Sequence record: NC_052983.1
Reading direction: 5' to 3' (one strand)
Length of the DNA stretch: 58,536 bases
Source of the DNA: Escherichia phage E21
Of this stretch, positions 18,758-27,552 are shown one piece after another. The notes below the pieces were generated by a model that did not search any database, had not been told where the DNA came from, and was given only the letters and a program-made list of their open reading frames with translations. The translations under genes and the position numbers were made by a program. Within the stretch, counting starts at the first letter, position 1, and each line of letters begins with the position of its first letter.

Positions 18758-19498
18758 TTAACCCTCCCACGTCCACGATTCTGAGGCGTCACGAACAATA
18801 ATTTCGGCCGGACGATTCGCGCGTATCGCAACGTCTTTACCATCAACGAAGTAGACCGCGAAAAAATGCCCGAACACGTCGCCATCTTTCACGTGGATTT
18901 CTCGCCCGTCGTCTTCGCAGTAGAACACTGTAAGCCCGTCAACTGATGCTTCGTTGTTCACTTCGAAACCAAGGCTTGACAGGCCGTCTAACAGTGGGCG
19001 CATTGTGTCGAAACTTTCAGGGAGTGACGCCAAGATCAAGGCGTCTAAATCGCTAACCGCGTTACGTTTAAGCGTCACACACCCGCCGATCGTGAAAGTT
19101 ATGTCCCAACCTTCGGCTTCTTCGCCACGGCTAAAAAATATGGCTTTTAATTCTTTCCCGTCGATTGTTTTCGCAAATGTTGTCGCTCCGTGAGATTTAT
19201 CAAGGTCTAAAGAGAACCCCAGCGCTTTCATTACGGCGATAGTTCGTGCGGATAAGTCCGCATCATTGGCCATATGACAGCTCGCACCATGATCGAACAC
19301 GCTCACCTCGACGCTCTCAAATAGGTAACGTGCTAGTGGAATGAATTTATCGAAATCCGCAATTAATGCTATCGCCCCCGATAATGTTTTAACATCGCCC
19401 ACCTTGGCGCGAGGGTTAACTGTCAAAATATAATTACGAACACTTTCGGGCATATCAAAAGGGCTGTTATCGGTTACAACGTTAGAAATGAAAGTCAT
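18758..19498 (-). CDS. hypothetical protein
   Basis: 246 aa; preceded by promoter cassette B and RBS GAGGA. Confidence 0.55.
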   Translation of the reverse strand: MTFISNVVTDNSPFDMPESVRNYILTVNPRAKVGDVKTLSGAIALIADFDKFIPLARYLFESVEVSVFDHGASCHMANDADLSARTIAVMKALGFSLDLDKSHGATTFAKTIDGKELKAIFFSRGEEAEGWDITFTIGGCVTLKRNAVSDLDALILASLPESFDTMRPLLDGLSSLGFEVNNEASVDGLTVFYCEDDGREIHVKDGDVFGHFFAVYFVDGKDVAIRANRPAEIIVRDASESWTWEG

Positions 19499-19552
19499 GA
19501 TTTAAATCCTCAAAACTGGTTTAAGTTTCCGGTTCGTTCCGGCGATGTGAGT

Positions 19553-19581
19553 AATATAATACTACCGCTTTCAGGTGTCAA
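19553..19581 (-). promoter_or_regulatory. sigma70-like promoter, cassette B (TTGACA-17-TATATT)
   Basis: Near-identical to cassettes A and C. Confidence 0.6.
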
Positions 19582-19609
19582 CAAGTTTTTTATAAATATT
19601 TTAGGCAAT

Positions 19610-19650
19610 AAAAAACCTCTTACCGTGGCACCGAATAAGAGGTTTTAGTT
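19610..19650 (-). terminator. rho-independent terminator (structurally bidirectional)
   Basis: CCUCUUA-13 nt loop-UAAGAGG; U6 on minus strand, UUUUAGUU on plus. Confidence 0.65.
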
Positions 19651-19729
19651 ACTAACTTGTTTTCATGTTTTCAAATCAAGGCTATATTAACGGATATTTT
19701 TCAACTTGTAAACAATAAATTTCTCAGCG

Positions 19730-19758
19730 GAAAAGAAAAAAGCCCGCATATACGGGCT
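19730..19758 (-). terminator. rho-independent terminator
   Basis: Minus RNA AGCCCG-UAUAUG-CGGGCU followed by UUUUUCUUUUCC. Confidence 0.65.
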
Positions 19759-20047
19759 TAAAATATAAGGCTTAATGACCTAAAATTACGCAAACTTTAC
19801 GAAGTGTGGCACAAGCAACCCAAATCAACCAACGGATGCGAACTTATCCACCGTTGAGCCGAACAATAACACCGTTACGTGGTGCTGTCAAGCGTCGCTA
19901 CACATAGCCCAATTGAACCGCGCCACGGTGAATATATCCCACAGGATACGCACTTTAATCGAAACAAAACTAGCCCGTTACTACTGCGAGCCTCAGATCT
20001 AAACGGCTTACCGCATGAACAATAATACCAGTTTTTCTTTTCCCTGA

Positions 20048-20413
20048 TCACCATACAGACCCCCTTACGTTCGTTAGCGTGTCCCTATAACTCCGGTATA
20101 AATTTTTTGCGCCTCGTATCCATTCGCCGGCGATCTCCCCCGAGAAAAGAACCGGCTCGTAAACCGGATAAGTGACATTAGGGTAATCCGTTCTTACGTC
20201 GTCGATCCTAACGTATGCCCTCCGGTGTCCATAAGAATATCGGACGGTTAGGACTCTAAGCAACTTGTTGTTAACATGGAACACCACGCCATAAGAGTAA
20301 TTAAATTCCGGTAATGATAAATCGTTGCTAGGCCTCCCGATAGCCACTACCGGTAGATTTAGAAACTCATTACAAACCTCATAAAATTTGAAACAATTTA
20401 CTGAGTTACCCAT
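20048..20413 (-). CDS. hypothetical protein
   Basis: Track ORF 20048..20515 trimmed to internal Met (MGNSVN), which overlaps the stop of the upstream gene. Confidence 0.45.
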   Translation of the reverse strand: MGNSVNCFKFYEVCNEFLNLPVVAIGRPSNDLSLPEFNYSYGVVFHVNNKLLRVLTVRYSYGHRRAYVRIDDVRTDYPNVTYPVYEPVLFSGEIAGEWIRGAKNLYRSYRDTLTNVRGSVW

Positions 20414-20975
20414 GATATACAACCCCGCGCAGTTCCAGACCTCGGAAATTATAATAAATTTCAGACTCTCCGGCTTCGTTCGGCGCCCACATGCACACAG
20501 AAAAGTCGCCAGCATCGAACTCTCTTAGGTGTGGAATGTGACCGAAACGGCACCCGCCAGTGATTACCAGTTCGTCGATTGTTCCGAACTCCTCGCAACC
20601 CTCGACAACTTCTTCCAGTGCTTCGGCCAGTTCTTCGATGTAGGCTTCCACTTGTTCACGCCAAGACGCGCTTATTAATGCGTTAGCTTCCATCATCAAA
20701 CATTTTAATGAACTTTTGCACCCGCTGAAATCTAAAGGCGTTTCTAGCTCAACAGAATCAAACTCGCTAGACTGGACGATCTCCCATGCTTCCCCGAAGT
20801 AGTCGACGCTGATACATTCCGGCGCATTCATAAGATTATTTTCTTCGAAAAGGTCGCGTAATTGATTTTCGAAATCTCCGCGGGTATCTAATGAAGTTCC
20901 TTTAGGTAGACCCGTACTAACATCATCAACGATAGATTGGAAGATAGACGCTTTAGTGTATGCTAATTCTGCCAT
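20406..20975 (-). CDS. strongly acidic hypothetical protein (DNA-mimic-like composition)
   Basis: 189 aa from ATG 20975 (RBS GAGGA 8 nt upstream); ~40 D/E versus ~11 K/R; preceded by promoter cassette C. Confidence 0.5.
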   Translation of the reverse strand: MAELAYTKASIFQSIVDDVSTGLPKGTSLDTRGDFENQLRDLFEENNLMNAPECISVDYFGEAWEIVQSSEFDSVELETPLDFSGCKSSLKCLMMEANALISASWREQVEAYIEELAEALEEVVEGCEEFGTIDELVITGGCRFGHIPHLREFDAGDFSVCMWAPNEAGESEIYYNFRGLELRGVVYHG

Positions 20976-21029
20976 GGTAATACTCCTCAATACTGGTTAA
21001 AGTTTCCGGTTCGTTCCGGCTATGTGTGT

Positions 21030-21058
21030 AATATAATACTACCGCTTTCAGGTGTCAA
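21030..21058 (-). promoter_or_regulatory. sigma70-like promoter, cassette C (TTGACA-17-TATATT)
   Basis: Near-identical to cassettes A and B. Confidence 0.6.
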
Positions 21059-21080
21059 CATGTTTTTGTGATTATTTTAA

Positions 21081-21482
21081 TCAATCGGGGAAATAGGGAA
21101 TTTTACACTCACATAAGGTCAGATTTTCTATGTGGGTAAAAATAACCTCTAAGTGCAACGTCTTCCAGCACTGACCAGAATTAAGGAAATGCCGGCGGAT
21201 AATGAGCCAGCCCCGATCATCTTCGACTATTCCGGATATGCGAAGGCTTACAATAGTTTTGTTGTCTGAGTAAGCCGGTTTACTCTCCGGATCAGCTCGG
21301 AAGTAAAACGCATTAGCTAGGTTTAAAATAGTCTGTATGTCGTGCGTAGATAGTTGTAACTCTTTTTCGTGCGGACTCAAGAACGAAGAAAGCCGGGATC
21401 TCGCCCGGCGTGAATTGGTATCTTTAGGAACTGATGAAAAGTATGTCACACCGTCCACCCCATCAACTGTATAATCGCTCAA
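21081..21482 (-). CDS. hypothetical protein
   Basis: 133 aa; TTG start with RBS GAGGTG upstream. Confidence 0.4.
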   Translation of the reverse strand: MSDYTVDGVDGVTYFSSVPKDTNSRRARSRLSSFLSPHEKELQLSTHDIQTILNLANAFYFRADPESKPAYSDNKTIVSLRISGIVEDDRGWLIIRRHFLNSGQCWKTLHLEVIFTHIENLTLCECKIPYFPD

Positions 21483-21654
21483 AACTTTTCACCTCTCGAT
21501 GTGTAACCGTTCGATTATATGAAATGTTACGAGTTAACATAAAGCGCATATCCCACGCCGGACAGAATAGCGAACCGTCTGCGTTTACCGTAACTTTTTC
21601 GTCGTCAGCGATTAAAATCATACCGCTGTTTAATGTGATTTTATTCTTCATCAT
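21463..21654 (-). CDS. hypothetical small protein
   Basis: Track ORF trimmed to internal Met (MMKNKITL). Confidence 0.3.
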   Translation of the reverse strand: MMKNKITLNSGMILIADDEKVTVNADGSLFCPAWDMRFMLTRNISYNRTVTHREVKSFERLYS

Positions 21655-21883
21655 TACCGCCCCCACGTATCGCAGATATAAACGCCTCCCCGCTCTCCTG
21701 ATCAGGCCACGCAATCCCGCCGACCACCCCAAACGCTACCCCATAAAGACAGAAACGCGCGACGGTTAGATCACCATATACGGCCAAAGTTCCCACCGCC
21801 CCCGCGAACCCTACCGCACAAAGAGACGCGACGACAAAACCAAACGCCCCGCGAGCCTCTAAATTATTTAATTTCTTAGCCAT
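21641..21883 (-). CDS. small membrane protein (2 TM)
   Basis: 80 aa; hydrophobic helices FGFVVASLCAVGFAGAVGTLAV and FCLYGVAFGVVGGIAW. Confidence 0.45.
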   Translation of the reverse strand: MAKKLNNLEARGAFGFVVASLCAVGFAGAVGTLAVYGDLTVARFCLYGVAFGVVGGIAWPDQESGEAFISAIRGGGNDEE

Positions 21884-21894
21884 CGATAAACTCC

Positions 21895-22221
21895 TTACGG
21901 GTGAATAATAATATTATCGTTGCGAGTTCGAACCGGCTCCGATAAATACATATTAGCCACCTTACCGCTTTTTATATCCTTTTTAATCTCGGACACCATC
22001 AAGCCCGACCGGATAATTACAGAAGACGGGCTACTCACTCTTTCTTCTGATATCGCAACAGGGAAAGGGAAATCATTCAATAAGTTATCGATGAACTTTT
22101 CCAGATAATCCGCGTCGGCTTTATGGGAGAGAACGACATATTGCTCATAGTTCGCCTCGATCCCTGTGACAGTCAGACGATGCGCAGAACGGAAAAGATC
22201 GAAAGGAATTTGTTTGCTCAT
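21895..22221 (-). CDS. hypothetical protein
   Basis: Start at ATG 22221 (MSKQIPFD) with RBS GAGG; downstream of promoter D. Confidence 0.45.
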   Translation of the reverse strand: MSKQIPFDLFRSAHRLTVTGIEANYEQYVVLSHKADADYLEKFIDNLLNDFPFPVAISEERVSSPSSVIIRSGLMVSEIKKDIKSGKVANMYLSEPVRTRNDNIIIHP

Positions 22222-22253
22222 TACTAAAACCTCAGTTTGTTTGTGTGCTGAGA

Positions 22254-22282
22254 ATATTAGCAACACCTCGGGCCGGTGTCAA
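22254..22282 (-). promoter_or_regulatory. sigma70-like promoter D (TTGACA-17-TAATAT), shares the -35/upstream element of cassettes A-C
   Basis: Minus-strand TTGACAccggcccgaggtgttgcTAATAT. Confidence 0.45.
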
Positions 22283-22287
22283 CAAGT

Positions 22288-22562
22288 TTTTATCTATAAA
22301 AATTCTGACGGAACAAAGGAAACGCGCCCACCGGTGCGCCCGTACATACATATAAGTCGGCCAGTTTGTACTTATCTACAAAAATTTCGGGCTTACTTCA
22401 AAAACCTCGCGGGCCGATGATTTTCTGTGACGATTTAAAAACTTTTCCGGCCGGCTTACTTCAAAAACCTCGCGGGCTGAAAAAATTCCCGTGAGAAATA
22501 AAAACCGGCCAATGGATTTATCTACAAAAATTAGAACCTTACTTCAAAAACCTCGCCGGTTG
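22288..22562. repeat. iteron-like direct repeat array (3x TATCTAyAAAAATT and 3x CTTACTTCAAAAACCTCGC(G/C)GG)
   Basis: Motif A at 22291, 22373, 22519; motif B at 22392, 22455, 22538; in the divergent control region between minus promoter D and plus promoter 22621. Confidence 0.7.
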
Positions 22563-22620
22563 ACGGAAATCCTCGGGTAACATCGATTAAAACTTTACGG
22601 CCAAAAATACATAAAAACGT

Positions 22621-22649
22621 TTGACACCGCAAACAGGTTAGATTAGTAT
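22621..22649 (+). promoter_or_regulatory. sigma70-like promoter of plus-strand early operon (TTGACA-17-TAGTAT)
   Basis: TTGACAccgcaaacaggttagatTAGTAT, then RBS AAGGGG and ATG 22691. Confidence 0.5.
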
Positions 22650-22690
22650 TCTCGGACATTAAAGATGATTAGTCACAACAAGGGGAAAAC

Positions 22691-23122
22691 ATGATCGAGT
22701 CAGAAGATATTATTTTCGTAAACGGCGACAAACCTAAAATCGATAACTCGCCAGCGCTAGAAAGACGCAACACGGTTAGTGTAGAACTAGAACGAGAGTT
22801 AACCGCAGCGTCTTCGATTCCGGACAAACTTACAGTAGTACCAACAAAAGGGAGACCAACCAGCATGGTAGGTATGATCGTATCGTTAGATGTCGGAGAC
22901 GTGTTCACTAAATCCGAGTTTATTCTTGAAGTTTCAGGTCTCGACGCCATGAGCGAGAGCGTAGACCTGACTACACGAAAAGAAAAACTCAGACAAAGCG
23001 TAAAAGCGTCTATGACACACGCTAAAAAGAAAACTAAGGGCGAATATACTTTAGAAACGCACCACTTTATTACGCCGTTGGGTCGCCTTTACATTCAAGT
23101 TTTAGTGACCCGTATTTCCTGA
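22691..23122 (+). CDS. hypothetical protein
   Basis: 143-aa ORF, first gene after promoter. Confidence 0.5.
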   Translation: MIESEDIIFVNGDKPKIDNSPALERRNTVSVELERELTAASSIPDKLTVVPTKGRPTSMVGMIVSLDVGDVFTKSEFILEVSGLDAMSESVDLTTRKEKLRQSVKASMTHAKKKTKGEYTLETHHFITPLGRLYIQVLVTRIS

Positions 23123-23203
23123 GCAATTTTTTGTAGGTTTCACGTTTTTTAAAAAGGCGTGACACCCTATGGTAAACAACCACCCTATCGGAGAGAAAAA
23201 CCA

Positions 23204-23515
23204 ATGGAACGCAACGACAATTTAGAGCACACCACCCCCGCAGACCCGGATACGCAAATCGTCAAGTTGTTAGAGGGGAACCCGGATCTTTTAAAGCACT
23301 TTTATAAACTTTCCGCATTAGCGGGAAACGTGGGGGAGATGGAACGCTCTTTCGAAGAACGAGTTGACGCCGTGTTTAAAGTAGGTATCCGCCTAGTCAT
23401 GGTCGCGAGCAACCGGAAAAACCTTATCGTAACCGATGACGATGTGGCAAAGGCGGAGAACTCAACACTGGAAGTTAGCGAAAATAACGGCAATGTTAAA
23501 TATATGATCAAGTAG
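23204..23515 (+). CDS. hypothetical protein
   Basis: Start set at MERNDN, which has RBS GGAGAG; the upstream ATG lacks an RBS. Confidence 0.45.
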   Translation: MERNDNLEHTTPADPDTQIVKLLEGNPDLLKHFYKLSALAGNVGEMERSFEERVDAVFKVGIRLVMVASNRKNLIVTDDDVAKAENSTLEVSENNGNVKYMIK

Positions 23516-23520
23516 GTAAT

Positions 23521-23841
23521 ATGAAAAATTCAAACGTAGCACTCGCCATTGATTCCGTTTTGGTAAAAAAGAAAATTGATATTATCCCGGTTTTTAAATC
23601 GTTAGAGGAAGAATATCAAATGCGGATACAAGCGTCGTGGTCAGGCATCACCGCGCACACGCCAGAACGACGCATCTACACCCACGGCCACCCGACTACT
23701 AAGATGGCAACAACACCGGAACAACGTACAACGTATCGCCTCCGTCTATTGAAATTCCTACGGTGGCTCTACGCGAACAACTACACAACGGGGCCACTGT
23801 TAGAAATCAAATCGTGGCTAGAGGAGCAAGAGGAATGGTAA
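23521..23841 (+). CDS. hypothetical protein
   Basis: 106-aa ORF. Confidence 0.45.
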   Translation: MKNSNVALAIDSVLVKKKIDIIPVFKSLEEEYQMRIQASWSGITAHTPERRIYTHGHPTTKMATTPEQRTTYRLRLLKFLRWLYANNYTTGPLLEIKSWLEEQEEW

Positions 23842-24182
23842 AGGTCTTATACAACAGCGAACAAGCGCAAGTAAACCAGTTGCGAGACCAGATTAAATCG
23901 CACACTGAGTCGTTTGAAACAGCGATGGCCGAAGTCGACCAGATCATTAAAGAAAATATCGAGACATACCTAAACGATATATCCGGGTTAATGATGTCGA
24001 TAGTTAGAGTGTATGACAACGCGGAGATTGAGGACAAAGCGGTGGCCTTAGATCTTGTTCACTCTAAAGCGGTAACTCGTTTAGCTGCTATCGAAGATAA
24101 GAGCATAGAACTACGCGCCCATATTGAAAACTTAGTATCCACCATTAAAACCGGAGTGATTAAAAACAATGAAACCATTTGA
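23835..24182 (+). CDS. hypothetical protein (coiled-coil-like)
   Basis: Start set at MVKVLYN with RBS GAGGAGCAAGAGGA; overlaps previous stop. Confidence 0.45.
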   Translation: MVKVLYNSEQAQVNQLRDQIKSHTESFETAMAEVDQIIKENIETYLNDISGLMMSIVRVYDNAEIEDKAVALDLVHSKAVTRLAAIEDKSIELRAHIENLVSTIKTGVIKNNETI

Positions 24183-25257
24183 TAAATTTATTGCTTTTGC
24201 AATATCTGAACCAGCAGACCCTAACAATACGACTTCGTTTTCCGCATTAGCTAACGGGACAGAAGACCAACTAAAACAACTAGGCCGAGAACTAGAAACA
24301 AGCCTGAGAAACTTACCGATCGGAGACCCAAGCGCTATGCAGTGGACGCGCCACGGTTTTGCTAAACCCGACGAGAACGCCGAACCGATCACCGTTGTAG
24401 ATGAAGTCCTAGGGGACATGGAAGACACACCATACGTTATGATAGACGAAGCGGGTAAATATCTTGTGTTCACTTTCGAAGAACGTGCTCGAATGCTAAG
24501 CCCGACAACGATCAAGGACGAATTAGAGGTTAAAGTAAAAGATTGGATAGAACGAGTTGGTGACACCCCGACAAAACGTGAACGTAATGATATGCGCGAT
24601 GAAATCATCAATGACTTGTTGCCAAAGGCCACAATAAAGCGCACCAAGACATACGCCATGATCATCAAGGGTGTTCTTATTGTCTTCGCCGGTAGCAATA
24701 ACATCGGTGAAAAAGTAGCATCGGCCGTAAGAAAGGTAGTAGGGTCTCTCCCAGTAGTACCATGGTTTGAGCATTCGGCCCTCATTACGGAGTTTCTAAA
24801 GAAAATCGCTACGGTAGACTTTGACCCGGAAGATGCAGTAGGCCAAGCGCTAGATAAATTTGAGATTGTCCGTAGTGCTAAAGTCTCCGCTGAAACCGGT
24901 GCGTACACTTTCAAAGATGTTTTTGACATCACGAATGACGTTTCCTTCAAAGAAGCGCTAGGACAAACTAACGGATACTCATACCCTCTCGGGATCACCG
25001 AAGCGAATTTAGAATTACGACATGACGCCACAGACAGCCCTATCGGTTTTGTTCTTACGGCCAAAGGCGTTTTAAAGAGCGTAAATTGGAATGACGAGCC
25101 GGAAAATATTTTCGACGACTCAGTGTTTGACACGAACGAGGAACGGGAGCGTGCTCGATTTATTTTCTCTACGTGGGACGCTTACACCTTAGTTACGGCC
25201 GTGCTAGGAGCGCTACACAACGCAAACGCAAACCGATTTGTAGAAGACGATATGTAA
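24169..25257 (+). CDS. rdgC: RdgC-like recombination-associated protein
   Basis: 362 aa; block RNDMRDEIINDLLPKA...VRKVVGSLPVVPW closely parallels the E. coli RdgC core (...LRKSLGSLPVVPL) from memory. Confidence 0.7.
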   Translation: MKPFDKFIAFAISEPADPNNTTSFSALANGTEDQLKQLGRELETSLRNLPIGDPSAMQWTRHGFAKPDENAEPITVVDEVLGDMEDTPYVMIDEAGKYLVFTFEERARMLSPTTIKDELEVKVKDWIERVGDTPTKRERNDMRDEIINDLLPKATIKRTKTYAMIIKGVLIVFAGSNNIGEKVASAVRKVVGSLPVVPWFEHSALITEFLKKIATVDFDPEDAVGQALDKFEIVRSAKVSAETGAYTFKDVFDITNDVSFKEALGQTNGYSYPLGITEANLELRHDATDSPIGFVLTAKGVLKSVNWNDEPENIFDDSVFDTNEERERARFIFSTWDAYTLVTAVLGALHNANANRFVEDDM

Positions 25258-25259
25258 TT

Positions 25260-25460
25260 ATGAATACAGAACGTAAAAAACTGGCGTCTAACCTGACAAG
25301 ACTAAAAGTCGGAGAGTCTTTCTTCGTAGAATGTCTTCCGAAAGACCTAGCCCACGTTCGACGCCTAGCTTATAAGCTGAATATTAAGTTATCCATGGTT
25401 CGTGTCGATGTCGACCCGATCTACGGTACATTGGGGACGAGGATATCTCGCGTCAAGTAA
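25260..25460 (+). CDS. hypothetical small basic protein
   Basis: 66-aa ORF from internal Met of track ORF 25173..25460. Confidence 0.35.
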   Translation: MNTERKKLASNLTRLKVGESFFVECLPKDLAHVRRLAYKLNIKLSMVRVDVDPIYGTLGTRISRVK

Positions 25461-25467
25461 AAACGCA

Positions 25468-25503
25468 TTGACACCTTGCGGGGGATTAGTTACGATTCCC
25501 CCG
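25468..25503 (+). promoter_or_regulatory. sigma70-like promoter (TTGACA-17-TACGAT) overlapped by a 7-bp inverted repeat (operator-like)
   Basis: TTGACAccttgcgggggattagtTACGAT; inverted repeat CGGGGGA..11 nt..TCCCCCG spans the -10. Confidence 0.45.
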
Positions 25504-25526
25504 TATTATAAACGTAAGAGGCTCAC

Positions 25527-26345
25527 ATGATTAAACTTATGCACTATGCGGATTACGACTACCGCGACCCAAGTAAACATGAACACCGAATATTCCCGGT
25601 TCCGGCCGGAATTAGAGTCGGGGTGATCATTAAACGCGTTAAGTCCATCGCGAACCCAACAAAGATTGAGGTGTGGCAATACGACGAAAAAGGTAACGCG
25701 ATTACTGACCTTACCGGCTTCGCCCCACACATCGAGGAAATATGTTTAAAAGCGTACCAATGGCTTACAGAACATACATTATCTCTATCCGGGATCTCTG
25801 ATACTGAGTCCGATGCGTATGACTCCGGGATCGTAATCGATGGGTATTTCCAAGATATCCGTCCCAACTATGGAACGGCCGACGAGACATTAGACCAGTT
25901 GGAAGAATGGTTATTAGATGAATTCGAGACGACGGACGAAACTAAAACCATATTTCAATATCTGGCCGTTACGACCTACGAGTCAGCGCTTCGCGGTAAA
26001 GACGGTAAAGACATTCATCTACGCCGTTCTAACCTACGCCATGCGTTGTGCGCATCGAACAATGCTGACCACACCCGAGCAAATATCTCTGTCTCGGATA
26101 ATGTGCCACGTTTTACCGTGTGGCCGATGTCTATGTCACCTCGTTCTTGGGATATGAGCAAGCCCGGCCCGAACGCTTGGGACTCCATGGCGGGCGTCGC
26201 AGCACCAAGAGGTCAACAATTCGAAGACCAGTTAAATACATGCTTTGAGCGCGGTTTTATCGGCGGGCTAGATATGCGAGCGTTTCACGGCTGGAATACA
26301 AGAGTTACCGCGTACCAGTTTATTACTGAGGACGCAACGTTATGA
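25527..26345 (+). CDS. hypothetical protein
   Basis: 272-aa ORF; RBS AAGAGG. Confidence 0.5.
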   Translation: MIKLMHYADYDYRDPSKHEHRIFPVPAGIRVGVIIKRVKSIANPTKIEVWQYDEKGNAITDLTGFAPHIEEICLKAYQWLTEHTLSLSGISDTESDAYDSGIVIDGYFQDIRPNYGTADETLDQLEEWLLDEFETTDETKTIFQYLAVTTYESALRGKDGKDIHLRRSNLRHALCASNNADHTRANISVSDNVPRFTVWPMSMSPRSWDMSKPGPNAWDSMAGVAAPRGQQFEDQLNTCFERGFIGGLDMRAFHGWNTRVTAYQFITEDATL

Positions 26346-27109
26346 TTGACGGGGAATTGGATATTATGGCACTACCACAGATTAAAGACTTTGCCGGATA
26401 CGATGGCCCGTTAGACCACCCGATCATTATGCCTGTTCCGTCCCTCATGAGGGCGGAAGTCTATGTATCCCACGATTTAAAGGATATAGAAATCAACGGC
26501 GTTTTTCGCGACGGAACCTATTCTGCGTCGAGATGGACGGGGTTATGCCCGGAATTAGAAGAACAATTTTTATTCCTAGCGGAGTTGTTGAAAGACGACT
26601 TTAAGGAAAAATGTATCCTCCCATTTAGAGTTGGTCGAGACAAGTCCGAACTACGGGAAGTCGATAGATTTATCCCGGGGATCACCGGAAACATCGGTTT
26701 TGAAGTGTATTTACATGACACCGGGGATTTCGGCACCAAGTATACTCAGAAATACTTAGCCAACAGTAAGATGACGGGAGAGAAAGACGACGGCGGGCTA
26801 GTATCCGCCTCGATCGTGAGCGCTTACGGGTTCGGGGAACTAACGCCAGTTTCGCGCGAGGTAATAGACGTTGTGCGGATTTACGAAAGACGTTATCAGA
26901 TTAGCCACCGACTCAACCTCATGGACGACGAGGGGTATTTGCTGTCATTAGCTCCCGGAGAACTGAAACGCGTTGACGCGGTACGAACTGCTGAATTCTA
27001 TTTCGAACAAGGATACCCCAACGTGATTATTCTCAATTCCGGACGTCCGTACAACTCCGACGCTACCGGACAAATGTATTACTATTCACCGGAGACATAC
27101 GACTTATGA
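26342..27109 (+). CDS. hypothetical protein
   Basis: 255-aa ORF, ATGA overlap with neighbours. Confidence 0.5.
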   Translation: MIDGELDIMALPQIKDFAGYDGPLDHPIIMPVPSLMRAEVYVSHDLKDIEINGVFRDGTYSASRWTGLCPELEEQFLFLAELLKDDFKEKCILPFRVGRDKSELREVDRFIPGITGNIGFEVYLHDTGDFGTKYTQKYLANSKMTGEKDDGGLVSASIVSAYGFGELTPVSREVIDVVRIYERRYQISHRLNLMDDEGYLLSLAPGELKRVDAVRTAEFYFEQGYPNVIILNSGRPYNSDATGQMYYYSPETYDL

Positions 27110-27552
27110 CCGAGCACAAGAAATTAACCCGCGTGTACGGCGCTAACCTTTGTACTTTTTGCGGTAGAGCATGGGAAGACGGAGAAGAAATCCCCGATTG
27201 CGTTGCGCCCCAAGAGGAGGTTCAAAAAACACGCAAGAAATTTTTCCGGGCATACTTCCCGGCGCCAACCCACTTTACCGCATGGTTGTTATATGGGAAT
27301 AACGGTAAAGCGATGGTCGCCTATGCGGATCATCGGGAGGTGGCTTTACGCATCGGGTATTATTGGACGAGAAACAGAAAAGATATTGTAAAGGTAGAAG
27401 AATCGGCGGAGCTAACCCGTTTTGCTGTTTGGCAATCCGTACCCTATATTGAGATTAATCCGGTAATTATTAATAAACTAAACCAGTTAAGCAAAAAAGG
27501 GGATAACATAATAATATCTCCCGCTAATTTTAAAAAGGCCATTTATGACTAA
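27106..27552 (+). CDS. hypothetical protein
   Basis: 148-aa ORF. Confidence 0.5.
   Translation: MTEHKKLTRVYGANLCTFCGRAWEDGEEIPDCVAPQEEVQKTRKKFFRAYFPAPTHFTAWLLYGNNGKAMVAYADHREVALRIGYYWTRNRKDIVKVEESAELTRFAVWQSVPYIEINPVIINKLNQLSKKGDNIIISPANFKKAIYD

Noticed and set aside
21895-21960. tRNA-like T-loop sequence (GTTCGAAC) near 21925
   Set aside because: No flanking acceptor, D or anticodon arms could be built; lies inside a coding ORF. No tRNA called anywhere in the window.
22288-22562. Direct repeats considered as a CRISPR array
   Set aside because: Only three units of two different motifs with irregular spacing, no cas genes; better explained as iterons or operators.
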